Shown piece after piece: positions 1 to 12,317 of a stretch of DNA of 64,000 nucleotides. A program made the translations under genes and the position numbers. The stretch spans positions 4,070,862 through 4,134,861 of the forward strand of contig SMSO01000025.1 of NCBI GenBank assembly GCA_004764695.1, given 5' to 3'. The notes beneath the pieces were generated by a model that did no database searches, was not told the DNA's origin, and was given only the letters and a program-made list of their open reading frames with translations. The stretch comes from Schizochytrium sp. TIO01 (lineage: Eukaryota; Protista; Bigyra: Labyrinthulomycetes). Numbering within the stretch: position 1 is the stretch's first letter; each line of letters opens with the position of its first letter.

Positions 1-812
1 TGTGGTTTTCGACAGGGGGAGGGTATACTCCAGACGAACCACTCATGTTGTACTCAGCTTTTATTTAATATTCAATATTACATGTATCTCCTTCTACAAG
101 TTGTTTGCCTTTTTCTGCAGTCAAGTGTACCTTGAAAAATAAATGACTATTGTCTGGCCTCAAAAGAAAAGTCTTTCCATTTTAGATGCAAATATGTTAT
201 TTGCATTCGGAAATTGTCGAGACAACGGAACACTCACATCTCTACTCCTGGGGCCTTCGAATATTAGCAGTTTTCGTCAAGTATTTATGTATTATCTGCT
301 CTGTTTAGATCTTACGCCAGTTTGCTGAGGATAATGCTGTAAAAAACATTAAAAACATTATCCAATCGAAAAACTATTCTCTTGCGCAGTTTTAAGTATA
401 TCATAGTAAATGCAAATGCTTTAGTTCGCGTTCGTCACTCGGAGTATTGGTTAATTGTTTTGACTTGGTTTTTCTATCCAAGTTAAAGAATATTTACTTG
501 GTACTTCTAACTAGGTAGTGAGAGCGTTCATCTTTTGAGTAAGGCAGGTAGTCTAGTGCAGCTACTCTAGCAAGTCTACTAGAGCTGAGCACGGAAATAA
601 TTTATCTTTATCGTTAATCATTTAGTAAAACAGAACGATACTTTTTTCTTTTTTTCTTTTTAAGAGCACACTGAGTCCAGAAAGCAGCCAGAAAAGAGGA
701 GCTTTTTTATTTTTTGCACATGTGAGTAACCGGATGATCTTGAATAAACTAATGATGTGCAGTTTAGTCAATAGAGAAGTTGTTTGGGAATTGTTTCATA
801 CAATAGCCATTT

Positions 813-1836
813 TGCCCTCTTCTTTTCAAATTTATGGAGAAACCAAAGGTTTTCAAAATCATCAAGTTGGTTAGGTATCAATAAAATGTCCCACTTGCAA
901 TGTTTGGAAGTTGCATTGCCCTTCATCATAATGCAAATAACTTAAAACACATGCGCCCAAGTCGAGCGTGCTATGGAGCCCCTCACACGAACAAACTTTA
1001 AGTAAATGCATGGATATTGTTCGATCGGTTGAGATTAGAACTCAAGAAATCCTGGTTGTATAGTATCCTGCCCTCTTCTATTCAAATTTATGGAGAAACC
1101 AAAGGGTTTCAAAATCATCAAGTTGGTTAGGAATCAATAAAATGTCCCTTTTGCAATGTTTGGAAGTTGCATTGCCCTTCATCATAATGCAAATAACTTA
1201 AAACACATGCGCCCAAGTCGAGCGTGCTATGGAGCCCCTCACACGAACAAACTTTAAGTAAATGCATGGATATTGTTCGATCGGTTGAGATTAGAACTCA
1301 AGAAATCCTGGTTGTATAGTATCCTGCCCTCTTCTATTCAAATTTATGGAGAAACCAAAGGGTTTCAAAATCATCAAGTTGGTTAGGAATCAATAAAATG
1401 TCCCTTTTGCAATGTTTGGAAGTTGCATTGCCCTTCATCATAATGCAAATAACTTAAAACACATGCGCCCAAGTCGAGCGTGCTATGGAGCCCCTCACAC
1501 GAACAAACTTTAAGTAAATGCATGGATATTGTTCGATCGGTTGAGATTAGAACTCAAGAAATCCTGGTTGTATAGTATCCTGCCCTCTTCTATTCAAATT
1601 TATGGAGAAACCAAAGGGTTTCAAAATCATCAAGTTGGTTAGGAATCAATAAAATGTCCCTTTTGCAATGTTTGGAAGTTGCATTGCCCTTCATCATAAT
1701 GCAAATAACTTAAAACACATGCGCCCAAGTCGAGCGTGCTATGGAGCCCCTCACACGAACAAACTTTAAGTAAATGCATGGATATTGTTCGATCGGTTGA
1801 GATTAGAACTCAAGAAATCCTGGTTGTATAGTATCC
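813..1836. repeat. Tandem repeat, 4 copies of a 256-bp unit
   Basis: Unit start TGCCCTCTTC recurs at 813, 1069, 1325 and 1581. Copies 2-4 read identical by eye; copy 1 has about 5 substitutions in its first ~85 bp. Confidence 0.97.
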
Positions 1837-2342
1837 CTTGCTAGTACAAACTCAATTTGAAGCTGCTTAGAATTATACGTCAACCTCAAAGTCTTTCTCT
1901 CAAAGCCTACTATTACTTCTCTTCTATTTTTCACAGAGATTACATCCTCATGCTTTAAAAACTTAAGCAACTCTCTACCTGAATTTTATCCAGTACCCCA
2001 AAAGGAAACGACAAAAATAACCGTGCCACCAAATCGTACGTGTAGCTAGCTAGCTAGTTCGTGTATGGTTGTTACTACTTTAACTAATGGATAGTTTTCA
2101 TTCAAGTAACCCCAAGGATTAACCACTTCTATATGGGCATAGCGCCACGTAAACTAGATTGAGACGCAGTAAAAAAAAAGTCACTCAGCCTTTGCATTTA
2201 TTGTTGATACTGTTTTTCTACAATTTGTTGTTGAAATTTTAAACAATTAACGTTTTATAATTTAAAAAAGAAAAAAGAAAAAGAAAGTAAAAGTTTTAAT
2301 TTAATTAAAAAACAGTGGATTTACAAAAAGGTCAAACTTTAG

Positions 2343-2413
2343 TTCTCCTACGCGGAATCGAACCACGGTTGTCAGAGTCAGAGTCTGACATGCTACCATT
2401 ACATCACAGGAGA
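2343..2413 (-). tRNA. tRNA-Gln (CTG)
   Basis: Reverse complement folds as a cloverleaf: acceptor TCTCCTG/TAGGAGA, D arm ATGT/GCAT, anticodon arm TCAGA-CT CTG AC-TCTGA, T arm CGTGG-TTCGATT-CCGCG. A T5 run lies downstream. Confidence 0.93.
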
Positions 2414-2654
2414 ATTTCTTCAGAGTCAAAAGCATCCAAAGGTATATTTATTTCCAAACTTCGAAGCCATACTTTCGATTTTATTGTAATTAAAAAATGT
2501 ATTATCTATCGAATAACTAGAATATATTCAAATTATCTTCTGCAAAGTAATAACCATTTTATATCAGTAGCAGAACATTAGTCTCCCGAAACCACAATGA
2601 TGCCGTTGGTTTCGTGAAGGAAAGTAGCGGATAGCAAATTCAAAAAAGATAATA

Positions 2655-2733
2655 TACTGTGAGTGGGACTCGAACCCACGCCCTTTCGGACCACGGCCTT
2701 AACGTGGCACCTTAACCGCTCGGTCATCACAGC
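2655..2733 (-). tRNA. tRNA-Leu (AAG)
   Basis: Acceptor GCTGTGA/TCACAGT, anticodon arm CCACG-TT AAG GC-CGTGG, long variable arm TCCGAAAGGG, T arm GTGGG-TTCGAGT-CCCAC, discriminator A. A T6 terminator lies downstream. Confidence 0.95.
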
Positions 2734-3116
2734 TCAAAAGTTAGCGAATTGAGCACAACATTAAAACTTCAAAAAATTTAATTTCAGAACATCAGTAAAA
2801 CAAACTTCTCAAAACTGCGAACTCGTACATAGCGTTTTTTTATCTAACTCTCTCGACATGCATTTCCTTTACTTTTCATTTCACTTTTTCATTATTAGTT
2901 ATTTTTTTTTAATTAAATAGAATAACTAGTTTCCTGGGGGGATGGAGAGTAAGTCTAGAACTCAAATCGAGAGCCCATGAACTTTATATCGCATTATCCA
3001 TAACCTCAAAAGAAATCTTTCAACTAAAAAGACACGTGCCGCTTGGTTTACCTTTTTGTATTTTCTAGCTGAAATAAGAGTAAAAAATACTTTGAGATAA
3101 AGCATCAAAAGAAAAA

Positions 3117-3188
3117 TTCCCAATGAGGGGATCGAACCCTCGACCATTTGATTAAGAGTCAAACGCTCTACCGCTGAGCTAACCGGGA
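3117..3188 (-). tRNA. tRNA-Lys (CTT)
   Basis: Acceptor TCCCGGT/ATTGGGA, D arm GCTC/GAGC, anticodon arm TTTGA-CT CTT AA-TCAAA, T arm GAGGG-TTCGATC-CCCTC. A T5 terminator follows immediately. Confidence 0.94.
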
Positions 3189-4240
3189 TTCCTAATGGAG
3201 GATAACAGAGCTTCAATGCTCCTATTTCCCGACACAGAACTGCCCTAGTCGTCAACAAATATAACCATCACCATCACAATTAACTATTACCTTTGATTGA
3301 AATTTAACTTTAATAATAATAATAAATGGTAAACATACCTTGGTTTATTTTTTCAGGTCTCAAATGATCATTTTAGATGGCTACTGTAATTTAAGTACTA
3401 TGAGATTTGTTCATGATTCTCGGACTTCAATTGAGACTATTCTCCCCTCAACCATTGATCTAGTTTAGCGTATAGTTTGTAGTTTCCTGTACTTGTTTTG
3501 CTTAAATCTTGAGAAGATGATTGATCCGAGTTTTCAACGTAGCTTGTTTTCTAAAGTCTCTACCTTCTCCGGGTGGTATAGACGCTATGTTCTGCAGTAG
3601 AGAATAAGCTATCATAAATTGGATCAGAAAAACGATATTGGAAAGAAGCACTTGAGACCCTTCTACCCTTTTTCATTCACTCCAGTTATGGAGTTTGAAC
3701 ACTCTGCTCCATGAAAAGAGCAAGAGAAAGGTATGTAATTTTCAGCCGGTATAGAGCTGAGATCATTTCTAACGAAAATTTTAAAAGTTACACGCACTTC
3801 CCGTCAGAGAAGGATGCAGTTAAATGTTATGGAAATGTAAAATGTGATGCAAAGTTTGAACAAGAGCAACGGTTTTTGAGCTTTTAAGATGAAGGTGTGC
3901 TCCAAATGTAGATATGATGAGTCCGGCAAGGTACATGAGATCAGCTCATTGAGTAGTATGGTGCTTTTTTTTTTTCAGGATATGAATTGAAACACCACCA
4001 TAAGGCCTTTCTATTCGTATGGTCTGCCTAGCATTAGAAGATTCACAAATATAAATTTGAAGCGATCGCAACTCTTCTTTTTTAAATCATCAATAATGTA
4101 TGGGCTTGGATCATAAACGTAGCTCAATATAGTACTAGTATTGTTGTCTTCTACTTCATACAAAGAGGCTTACACGTTATGAAATGGGACTTGTCATTCA
4201 CGAAACCAACGTTACATTCTGCGTTTTGTGTGTGTTTCCG

Positions 4241-5512
4241 CTAGGTACTGCGCTTAGTACAGCGTTTTTTCAAGGGCTTACTTTCATTCCACTGACAAGA
4301 CCAATCTGCTACACACGCCTCTTCATCTCGCTTGTATCGTTGGCATTTAGCAACAGTAGGGCGTAAGGTAGGAGCACTTGATGGCATTTGAGTTGATAAA
4401 GAGACACATGAATCATCACTCCACATGCATATACTACTGAATGAAGCCATTGTACACCACTCTTTTGTATCAAGAGCACTGCAATAGCCTTCCATACCAT
4501 CGATTGGGTTCGCTCTGCACTCACCTCCGATAAAGGTACATGCACTTCTGTTTTTCTCTTTGTTGCACCTCTTCTTAGTTTTTAGTTTCTTACATTTAGA
4601 CACCCGCGTATTGTATTCATCCAATAGTGTGCTTGTGCGCCCTCCTGAGTTGCTATCCCTTGCATAGATTTGGGCGTTTGGTACATGTTCAAGAATAAAC
4701 GATAAATAGTGCCGTACACTCGTGTACACCCCATAATAACCCTCTTCACCACAGCCGATGCCCCATGACACAATACCTTGTTGTACAGCATGGCTTTGGT
4801 TTGCTTCTATGAAATATAATGGACCTCCACTATCACCAGTGCAGGAGTCTTTGTTGCCGCCTCCGGCGCAGAGGTTTCCTTCTGTTACTGCAGTACCATA
4901 TACGTTTTGGCAAGATTCTAAGGATACTAAAGGAAGGTCTACGGAACGGAGTGTGTTCTCCATGGTGCCAGAGCCAAATTTGGTCGTTCCCCATCCACAT
5001 GTATTGGCTGCATTTCCAGCTATTTCTGTCTCTGCATCGTTGTTTAGCATCATGAGGTCAGACGTGGAGACATCAAATCCAGGATTTACCTTTATCAAAG
5101 CAATATCATTGTCGTTTCCTCCCCAATATTTGGGGTGAATAAATGCTGTGAAGTTTGCACTACTTTGCTTTCGCACTTGTGCTTGACCTGTGGAATCAAG
5201 CTTGTAGGCCCCGACCACAATCTTTGAAGGAAGTACCTCATACGGAAGGCAATGAGCAGCAGTGAGAAGCCAGTTGGAGTCAATTAATGTGGCGCCGCAT
5301 TCATGCTGCCCTTTAGTGTTCTGTAGCGAGGCCATCCATGGATAGGCAGTACCGGTTTTCTGTCCATTAATAATACGAGCTGTCACAGGGGTATCGGAGC
5401 CTATGATATTTAGTGTTGCATTGATGTTGTTGCTCGAGCTTGCGCTTTCCACTGACAAAAGCAGGTTTAGGACAACTACAAATACAGCTAGCCCAGCACG
5501 ACTTGGGTTCAT
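4241..5512 (-). CDS. Secreted trypsin-like (S1A) serine protease with C-terminal Cys-rich repeats
   Basis: Hydrophobic signal peptide, activation site AR|IING, catalytic motifs TAAHC, DIAL and GDSGGP, S1-pocket Asp (KDSC), SWGIGCG. Confidence 0.96.
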   Translation of the reverse strand: MNPSRAGLAVFVVVLNLLLSVESASSSNNINATLNIIGSDTPVTARIINGQKTGTAYPWMASLQNTKGQHECGATLIDSNWLLTAAHCLPYEVLPSKIVVGAYKLDSTGQAQVRKQSSANFTAFIHPKYWGGNDNDIALIKVNPGFDVSTSDLMMLNNDAETEIAGNAANTCGWGTTKFGSGTMENTLRSVDLPLVSLESCQNVYGTAVTEGNLCAGGGNKDSCTGDSGGPLYFIEANQSHAVQQGIVSWGIGCGEEGYYGVYTSVRHYLSFILEHVPNAQIYARDSNSGGRTSTLLDEYNTRVSKCKKLKTKKRCNKEKNRSACTFIGGECRANPIDGMEGYCSALDTKEWCTMASFSSICMWSDDSCVSLSTQMPSSAPTLRPTVAKCQRYKRDEEACVADWSCQWNESKPLKKRCTKRST

Positions 5513-8500
5513 TGTCGCTCCTATTCACCAAATTCACCCTTTGCTCAGACCCTTTCCCTTTGCTGTGCCTGTACGTTGCAAGTAAGCACTTGGAGCTAAA
5601 ACAGCAGCCTGGAGAACCTAGATCTATGTTGAGAATGCGAACAACCCTGAGTAGAGTGTTGCCAGAGAACCCTTTTCGATCAGTTGATTTAGGCTTTGCC
5701 TCAGGTTTCCATCGGGAAATTAATCGCTTGGTTAGGTTAATGTCAAGCTCAGCTGTACTCGCTAGTGCCTACTTCTTGTTTGTGTTTGCTCGTCTGACTG
5801 TATGAGTCTCTCAAGTTGTTGGACTTTTGGGAGCCTTTTTATCAACGTAAGAAACGCTAGTAGTAGTACCTGTTAATATTTTTAATAGCTAGAGAAACAT
5901 GTAGAAATTTTTTAATGGTCTTGCTTTTGAAGCGCTACATACTATTAGCAGTATCTACCTCCCTTTTTCAAAGTTTTCTTTAAAAGAAACTACTAATAGT
6001 GATGATAATAAAGGTTCAAATATTTTCTTGTACCCGCACATGTACTAACGATCGAGATAACGTAAGGGTATTAGCTTTCGAAATTGACCCCCCTCCGCAC
6101 GCGCTGCAATGATCGGTCTTTCAGCCAGTCTCAGCCGCATTAGGCTTTATATAGCACCATTAGATATAGATTCTTTCACAAGGATGAAAGGATGATCCAA
6201 ACTTAGGTAGGCTCACAAGTTAGCGGTTGGCACTTATAGCTCAAAGCGTGTCTTTGGCTTTGAATAAGCTTGACTCTTTTTTTCCTTCTTTTTTTAAAAG
6301 TTTAAAATTGGAGGTGTCTAATAGTGATTGACAGACAGACAGACCGACTGACTGATCACCATGCAATCATGGCCTCGGCTAAGTGACTGGTAGATTGAAT
6401 AAGCTTGATGGCAATATCGGATTTTACCACTTTGTGAAGCGTCTAAGTATATTTGACTTTATTTTCTTATAATTAATTTGGTTTCCCTTTGAGGCACGTG
6501 CCAGTCTGTAGGCTTCCCACGCGCGGCATCAGGACTCGCAGGATAGTGGAGGTAGGTCTTTACGTAATGACTTATAAAAGTAACCAAGGCCGTCGTAGAC
6601 ATGCCATCGATGCTGTCTCAACTTCCGTTAATGTTCTTTCTTGGCTGTCGCAACTGCTAAGGACTTATGTAGCAGAAATTTTATAGGTAGTTAGTCGATA
6701 CTACATAAAGCCTTTAAAAAAAAAAAAAAAAGGTCTAGGGAGAGGCAGGTACGGTGTTAGAGCTGGGTTTTGTCTCGCCTGCTTGGATAGGCTCGTTGGA
6801 AGGCTGGCTTGCTGCTTTGAGCTTGCAGTGAACAGGCGTGGTTCATGATGCCCCTCGCGGAGCTTCATTTGGCACTGGAGGGTTTGATCAAGTTGATGGG
6901 CCTCAATGCTGAGTTTGGGTGGCTGTGACTAATTCTTTTAAGCTAAGTAATTATAATTAAACTCACTAACCTGAAGTTTTAAAAAAAATGCCCTCTCTAG
7001 GTCACAACTGAAATTGGTGGTAGCCTACTTGAAGTTTGTCTCCTTTTTGAACTGGTACAGTCCACATATATACTACCTAGGCAGTTCTGGGTGAAAGTCA
7101 CAAAACTGGAGGTGATAGGAAGTTAACTTGAATTATGTATCATCCTTAAGTTTTAAAAGCATTACAGTTGAGTGTGACTAACCAGCAATAGCATTATGTG
7201 TTGCTGACTCTTTGTTCAAAGACTACATACTTGAACTTTTTCATACTTCAAAGGTCAGATGTACATCCTATTGGAAACAAATAGCTATTGTTAGGCACTG
7301 CACCATGTAAGATGGTAGATAACTCTTACCAGTTAAGGCTATTCGCATTTATCCTTTACCACTACTAGAGTAAAAACTCGAGTACATAGGTAGGTAGAAG
7401 GTAGGCCTAATACTTAGTTTGTAACCTTGACAAAGCAGCACGTCACGGTGTTTTAATCTTTTAACTTGATTAGAAAAACTCAAGCCGAAATAACTACTCA
7501 AGGGATGCTGATCATGGCAGCATGCACTGCATAGGAAGTAGATTGCCAGAACATATTCGCTGTCGCGTGTAAAGAAAAACAAATAAACCAGTATGCTTAG
7601 GTCTTGTAAATGGCACATTTGCCAAATTGCCATTAACTTGTCTGTTGTACGGATGAGGGCGAATCAGCCGAGAAGTGAGTCATTCGAGAAGAGTAATCAT
7701 AACAACTGAAGATGTTTCCGTATACATATAGGCTCGTAATAATATTATTTTTATTATTTATAATTTAATTTAAATTTAAATTAAATTAAAGAGTCAAACA
7801 AAATAGCAAAACAAAAATAATAATAATGCACTTGGAGTCGGCCAGTGTTCAGCTTAATGGAGTATTTATGATGGGAGATCGCCAAGGTACTGCAATGAAT
7901 TATTGTTTACATTATTTAGAGTCCTATCAGTTGAAAAAATAAAAGTTAACGTAAAAGCGTAAAATCGAGAATATTCTTGTATATATTTATGCTATGTTTA
8001 CCTTCGAGACAACTTAGACTTACTAGTACGCTTGCTTGTCTGCTGGATGTGCATGGATTGCACCGTACTCAAATGTATAAGATGGCTGCAGTCACCTTCA
8101 CCTTTTGAATCGTTGCATTCATTTCATCTGACTACTCTAAGGTTGATTTAAAGGAATTTTAAAATGTATCAATTTATTGTTGAACTTGTGTTCATGCAGC
8201 AAGCTATGACCTTGAGACGGATGCTGGATTTAGGCACTGTCTTGGTAGGACAAAAAATGCAAAAATGTAGCCTTTGTCACTTTGATTTGATTATTGGGAG
8301 ATACTTCTTCTTATGCAAGTTTCGCCATCTTCAACAAGTATAAACACCCACGAGAACTAACCACAACGTCATTGGATTAACTTCCTGAATAGGTTAACGC
8401 AAATCAAACGATTTATGTTATTCTTCCATGTATTACATATTCAAGTGAATTGCTCCTTTTCTTCTTTCCTCATTCCTTCTGCTTTTAATTTTTAAATCAT

Positions 8501-8781
8501 AAATTGATCCGTTACAGTACACACTAGGTATCTTGACAAGATGAGAATATGACCCTTGGATGGTTCCCAAAGGCTACGACCCCACACCAGACAAAGCCTA
8601 TTTTTATCATTCGAAAACTTATAACGTATGTGATGTATAATGTTCACTTCATTTGCCTGGCTGCCTTTGTCAATTGTCATTGTTGGAGCAGAGTGAAATG
8701 CAATACAAGATTAAATTACGCTGTGCATAAATAAGGCTTCATTGGGAAGCTGTACCGCGTGGTAGCCGCTGTGAGAGAAGC

Positions 8782-10452
8782 ATGTCGCAGAGTGTTCGTG
8801 TTTTTGTTCATGTTCCTGCGATCTTCCGGCGGAGAGACTACGCTGATTGCGCTGAGCCAAATTTTGATGAGCAAGCATCCTCCAGTGAAGCCACTAGTGA
8901 AGCCACTAGTGAAGCCACTGCTGAGGCAGCTACATCTGAAGCATTTGCGCATGATCAAGAGGTAGCAAAACAAGTGCGAGAGTACATCACGGAACATCGC
9001 AGCCAAATTACTTTTGTAGCAGAGATTCCCCACAAGAACGGAAAAGCATTGTGGACTACATTTGTCTTTAGCTGCAAAAACTCATACGCCGAAACATGCT
9101 TAAATGACCTTGGAGTATTTGGCATTGGAGCACGAGCCAAGGGTATTGGTGTGATTACGGTATGTCCTATTCAGATTGAACGTGTTGGATCTACCCCAGT
9201 AAGTATTGGCAATAATGATGCGCAATCGCTTTTGGGCAGTGCGGTTACATGTCACACTGATGCATTGGATAAAAGCATTTCCTCAAGCTTTGTAGATGAT
9301 GACATGCCTGTCAAACTTCATTCGCTAAGTCCCCATATCGAGAATTTTGAAGACGAGAGCCATCAGACACAGCAAAAGCAAGATGGCTCCAATGACCCAC
9401 TCACCCTCGAATCTTACACTGCGGGATTTCGTGAGACCATTAGAGCGCGCATTGCCGTGGACAATGTAGTGGAGCTAATCAACGGAGCTGCTGAATTTAC
9501 GTTTGACTACATCATGTTGGTTCTTGTTGCGAGCACACTTGCTGCTATGGGCTTATTGAGCGACAATGCTGTGACCATTGTAGCCTCAATGTTAGTAAGT
9601 CCACTGATGGGGCCTATTTTAGCTGTTACTTTTGGTCTCACAGTTCAGGACAGAGATATGATCAAGCGTGGCTTAGTTGGTGAGATGGTTGGCCTCTGTT
9701 TAAGCGTCGTCATGGGCTTCTTCTGCGGACTATGTGCGATCCCTCTCATTGACCCAGAGCGACTTCCTACGGATCAGATGTGGTCGCGTACAACTACAGA
9801 TGCTTTGATTCTGGGCATTGCAATTGCGATTCCATCAGGAGTTGGTGTTGCTCTTTCTGTTCTTGGCAACAACACATCAAGCCTTGTTGGTGTGGCCATC
9901 TCAGCTTCCCTGTTGCCACCGGCAGTCAACACCGGTATTCTTTTTGCAATGTTAGCACTTGATGTGTTAAGCAAGAATGAGGGGAACGTTGTGTATAACG
10001 GTAACTCGATTACGCTTACGCGGGGGGATGTTAGCACAGGCGCTTTGTACAGCTTACTCCTAACCTTGTGTAATATTGTGTGCATTTGGATTTCTGGTGT
10101 TTTCATGTTTCGAATCAAGGAAATTACACCAGTTGGCAAGAAGAGCAATTTCTGGCGAGAATATATTCCAAAGACTCGGCAATTTAACGTTACTCTCTCT
10201 AGCTCTAGCTCCGAAGCTTCCAAGCTTCGTCAAGCGATGGGATCTTTTCTCGAACGCCAGCAGTCTATCAAAGCAGATCTCATTGCATCTGGGTCTCTCG
10301 GTACAACTGCATTTTCAAACACATTTGATTCTCTTGGAGCTTTGTGCGCCACGAGATCATCGAGTGCAGCTTCTGGCAAACCTTACGCTCGACTTTTCAA
10401 GAAATTCACAAAGATCGATTCTACCAAGGTGAAGCCTAGCACTTCTCTGTAG
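8782..10452 (+). CDS. DUF389 / TIGR00341-like multi-pass membrane protein
   Basis: Family motifs IVASMLVSPLMGPIL and LVGVAISASLLPPAVNTG, about 7 hydrophobic segments, N-terminal soluble region with a short (EATS)n repeat. Confidence 0.9.
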   Translation: MSQSVRVFVHVPAIFRRRDYADCAEPNFDEQASSSEATSEATSEATAEAATSEAFAHDQEVAKQVREYITEHRSQITFVAEIPHKNGKALWTTFVFSCKNSYAETCLNDLGVFGIGARAKGIGVITVCPIQIERVGSTPVSIGNNDAQSLLGSAVTCHTDALDKSISSSFVDDDMPVKLHSLSPHIENFEDESHQTQQKQDGSNDPLTLESYTAGFRETIRARIAVDNVVELINGAAEFTFDYIMLVLVASTLAAMGLLSDNAVTIVASMLVSPLMGPILAVTFGLTVQDRDMIKRGLVGEMVGLCLSVVMGFFCGLCAIPLIDPERLPTDQMWSRTTTDALILGIAIAIPSGVGVALSVLGNNTSSLVGVAISASLLPPAVNTGILFAMLALDVLSKNEGNVVYNGNSITLTRGDVSTGALYSLLLTLCNIVCIWISGVFMFRIKEITPVGKKSNFWREYIPKTRQFNVTLSSSSSEASKLRQAMGSFLERQQSIKADLIASGSLGTTAFSNTFDSLGALCATRSSSAASGKPYARLFKKFTKIDSTKVKPSTSL

Positions 10453-12317
10453 TTAGTAATGTAGAGAGTAAAGAAATCGATGAGTTCTGTGGCACCTGTG
10501 CTGTTCTTTTTTCCTTTGGCACAATCATGCTGTGCATCCTCTGAATGATTACTACTACCAATTTTGGTTTCTTTTGGGGAGATCGGCTTCAAGTGACGTA
10601 AATAAATTTGTAACAAAAAGGAATTAGAAAAGGGACTGGTTGATACCTTTAGAAAAGTTAAGGGCGCTTACACGTTTTGTTCAGTACTTTTCCACGATGC
10701 AATAAAACCCGTTTCAACCTGTTTTTTGATAAGCTAGATTGTCTTGACTCGTACAAGGGTACCTAAGTATCAACACTGTATATTCGACGTGATTTTTCTT
10801 CAAAAAAGCTGCTGAGACCTTCAATTGGAAAAAACACTGCTAGAGCTCTGGTATGCCGTTGTAAGTCAGTAAAGAAATAGAATGTACATTGGGTTAACAA
10901 GTAGATGCATGGTTGCGAATTCAAGGGACTTTGAAGAATCAAGAAACATACTTGCACACCCAATAGAACAAATAGACCTATGGTGAAATATAAATTGATA
11001 ATTGAATTAGCTAAACTCCTCAATGATGTGCTATACAAATCAAGTCTGGCTTAATCTCGTATTTATAAGATGAATTAGTATGGCAGATCGCTAACTCTAA
11101 AGACCAAAGTTTACTTAACCTTCCCCGGCCTTCTCCAAGCTACTTGCTTTCACGTTTATAATTAACAATTAACCTCTAGGTAACCAGATTCGTCACTCAG
11201 CATAACTTATGCGGCTTTTGTTTGGGATCAGGAATGCTAACGTGGTTGGCAGTGACAAATGGATTTAAGCAAGGGAAAATATGAAAAACTTACTGAGGAA
11301 TGCAAAATATCCTTGTTTGGAGCCGGTATCACGTGCCAAGTGAATTCTCTCTTCAGAGGAGATCACACGGTACCTATTTTTTTTTATTATAAATGCATCT
11401 TCACCAGCATTTGCAGGTTTGAAGGTTTTAATGTTTGAGTTTATGCAATATAACGTACCATCAACTCCAAAGATTAGATCAAATCCAGGACTCCGGTATC
11501 TGTTGACATATCTCAAGAAATTAGTTTAATGTATACATGTTTGTTTGTGTATACATGCACTTCCTCTTTGATTTTACTAAAGCTATACAACCCTGAAAAA
11601 CCATTCTGCTGTTTTAGTAGGTGACACAAGTTAGCCAATCACACAGCAGCAACGTCAAGGCATAAAAACATTTCTGTAAGCAAAACTGGAGTGGGTGATC
11701 AAGTCCGCATGGCTCTAATTTGTGAAGTAATAACGCGTTGGTGTCTCTGTAGTTCAACACACAATCTTTTTACCAGAACCCAAATGTCTTCTGCTTCGTT
11801 TCCTCCATAAAAGAAAGACACACGCGCTGATTTAATTTCTACCTGATCAATAAATTCAGTAAGATTTTTCTTTACTCAAAAGAATCAATAACATATGACA
11901 GGTACGATTTTTAATGAAATAATTAGGTATCTTCTACTAATGCGAGTAGCTAGTCACTAGTAGTGCTTCCACAACAGAAATGTATAATACTTCCTAGTAG
12001 GTCTATCTATCTATATACACGGATACCTACATAGACCCGCTTGATAATCCTTGTCATGATTCCACTGTGAGATCTTTACTAGTGCAGAATAAATAAAAAC
12101 AAAAATAGGCCACACGAAAACAAAGTCAAACACGCAGAGACAAAGACGCTCGTTCGCACGCAGACGGCCTACGCAGGCCAGTGCCGGAGGGGCCGCGAGA
12201 TATTGAGCCAAAGTAGTCACTGGTGCACAACGTGGTGGGGTTTGTGCGGTGGTGAGGCTTCGTTTTGCCTCGAGATTGACTAGTTGATCGGTTGTCTCTT
12301 TAGTGTTGAGGCTCGAC

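Noticed and set aside
813-1836. Possible CRISPR-like array or coding repeat
   Set aside because: No unique spacers; the 256-bp unit is out of frame and carries no long ORF.
2315-3258. ORFs 2315-2581 and 2962-3258
   Set aside because: They overlap tRNA genes and start at non-ATG codons; spurious.
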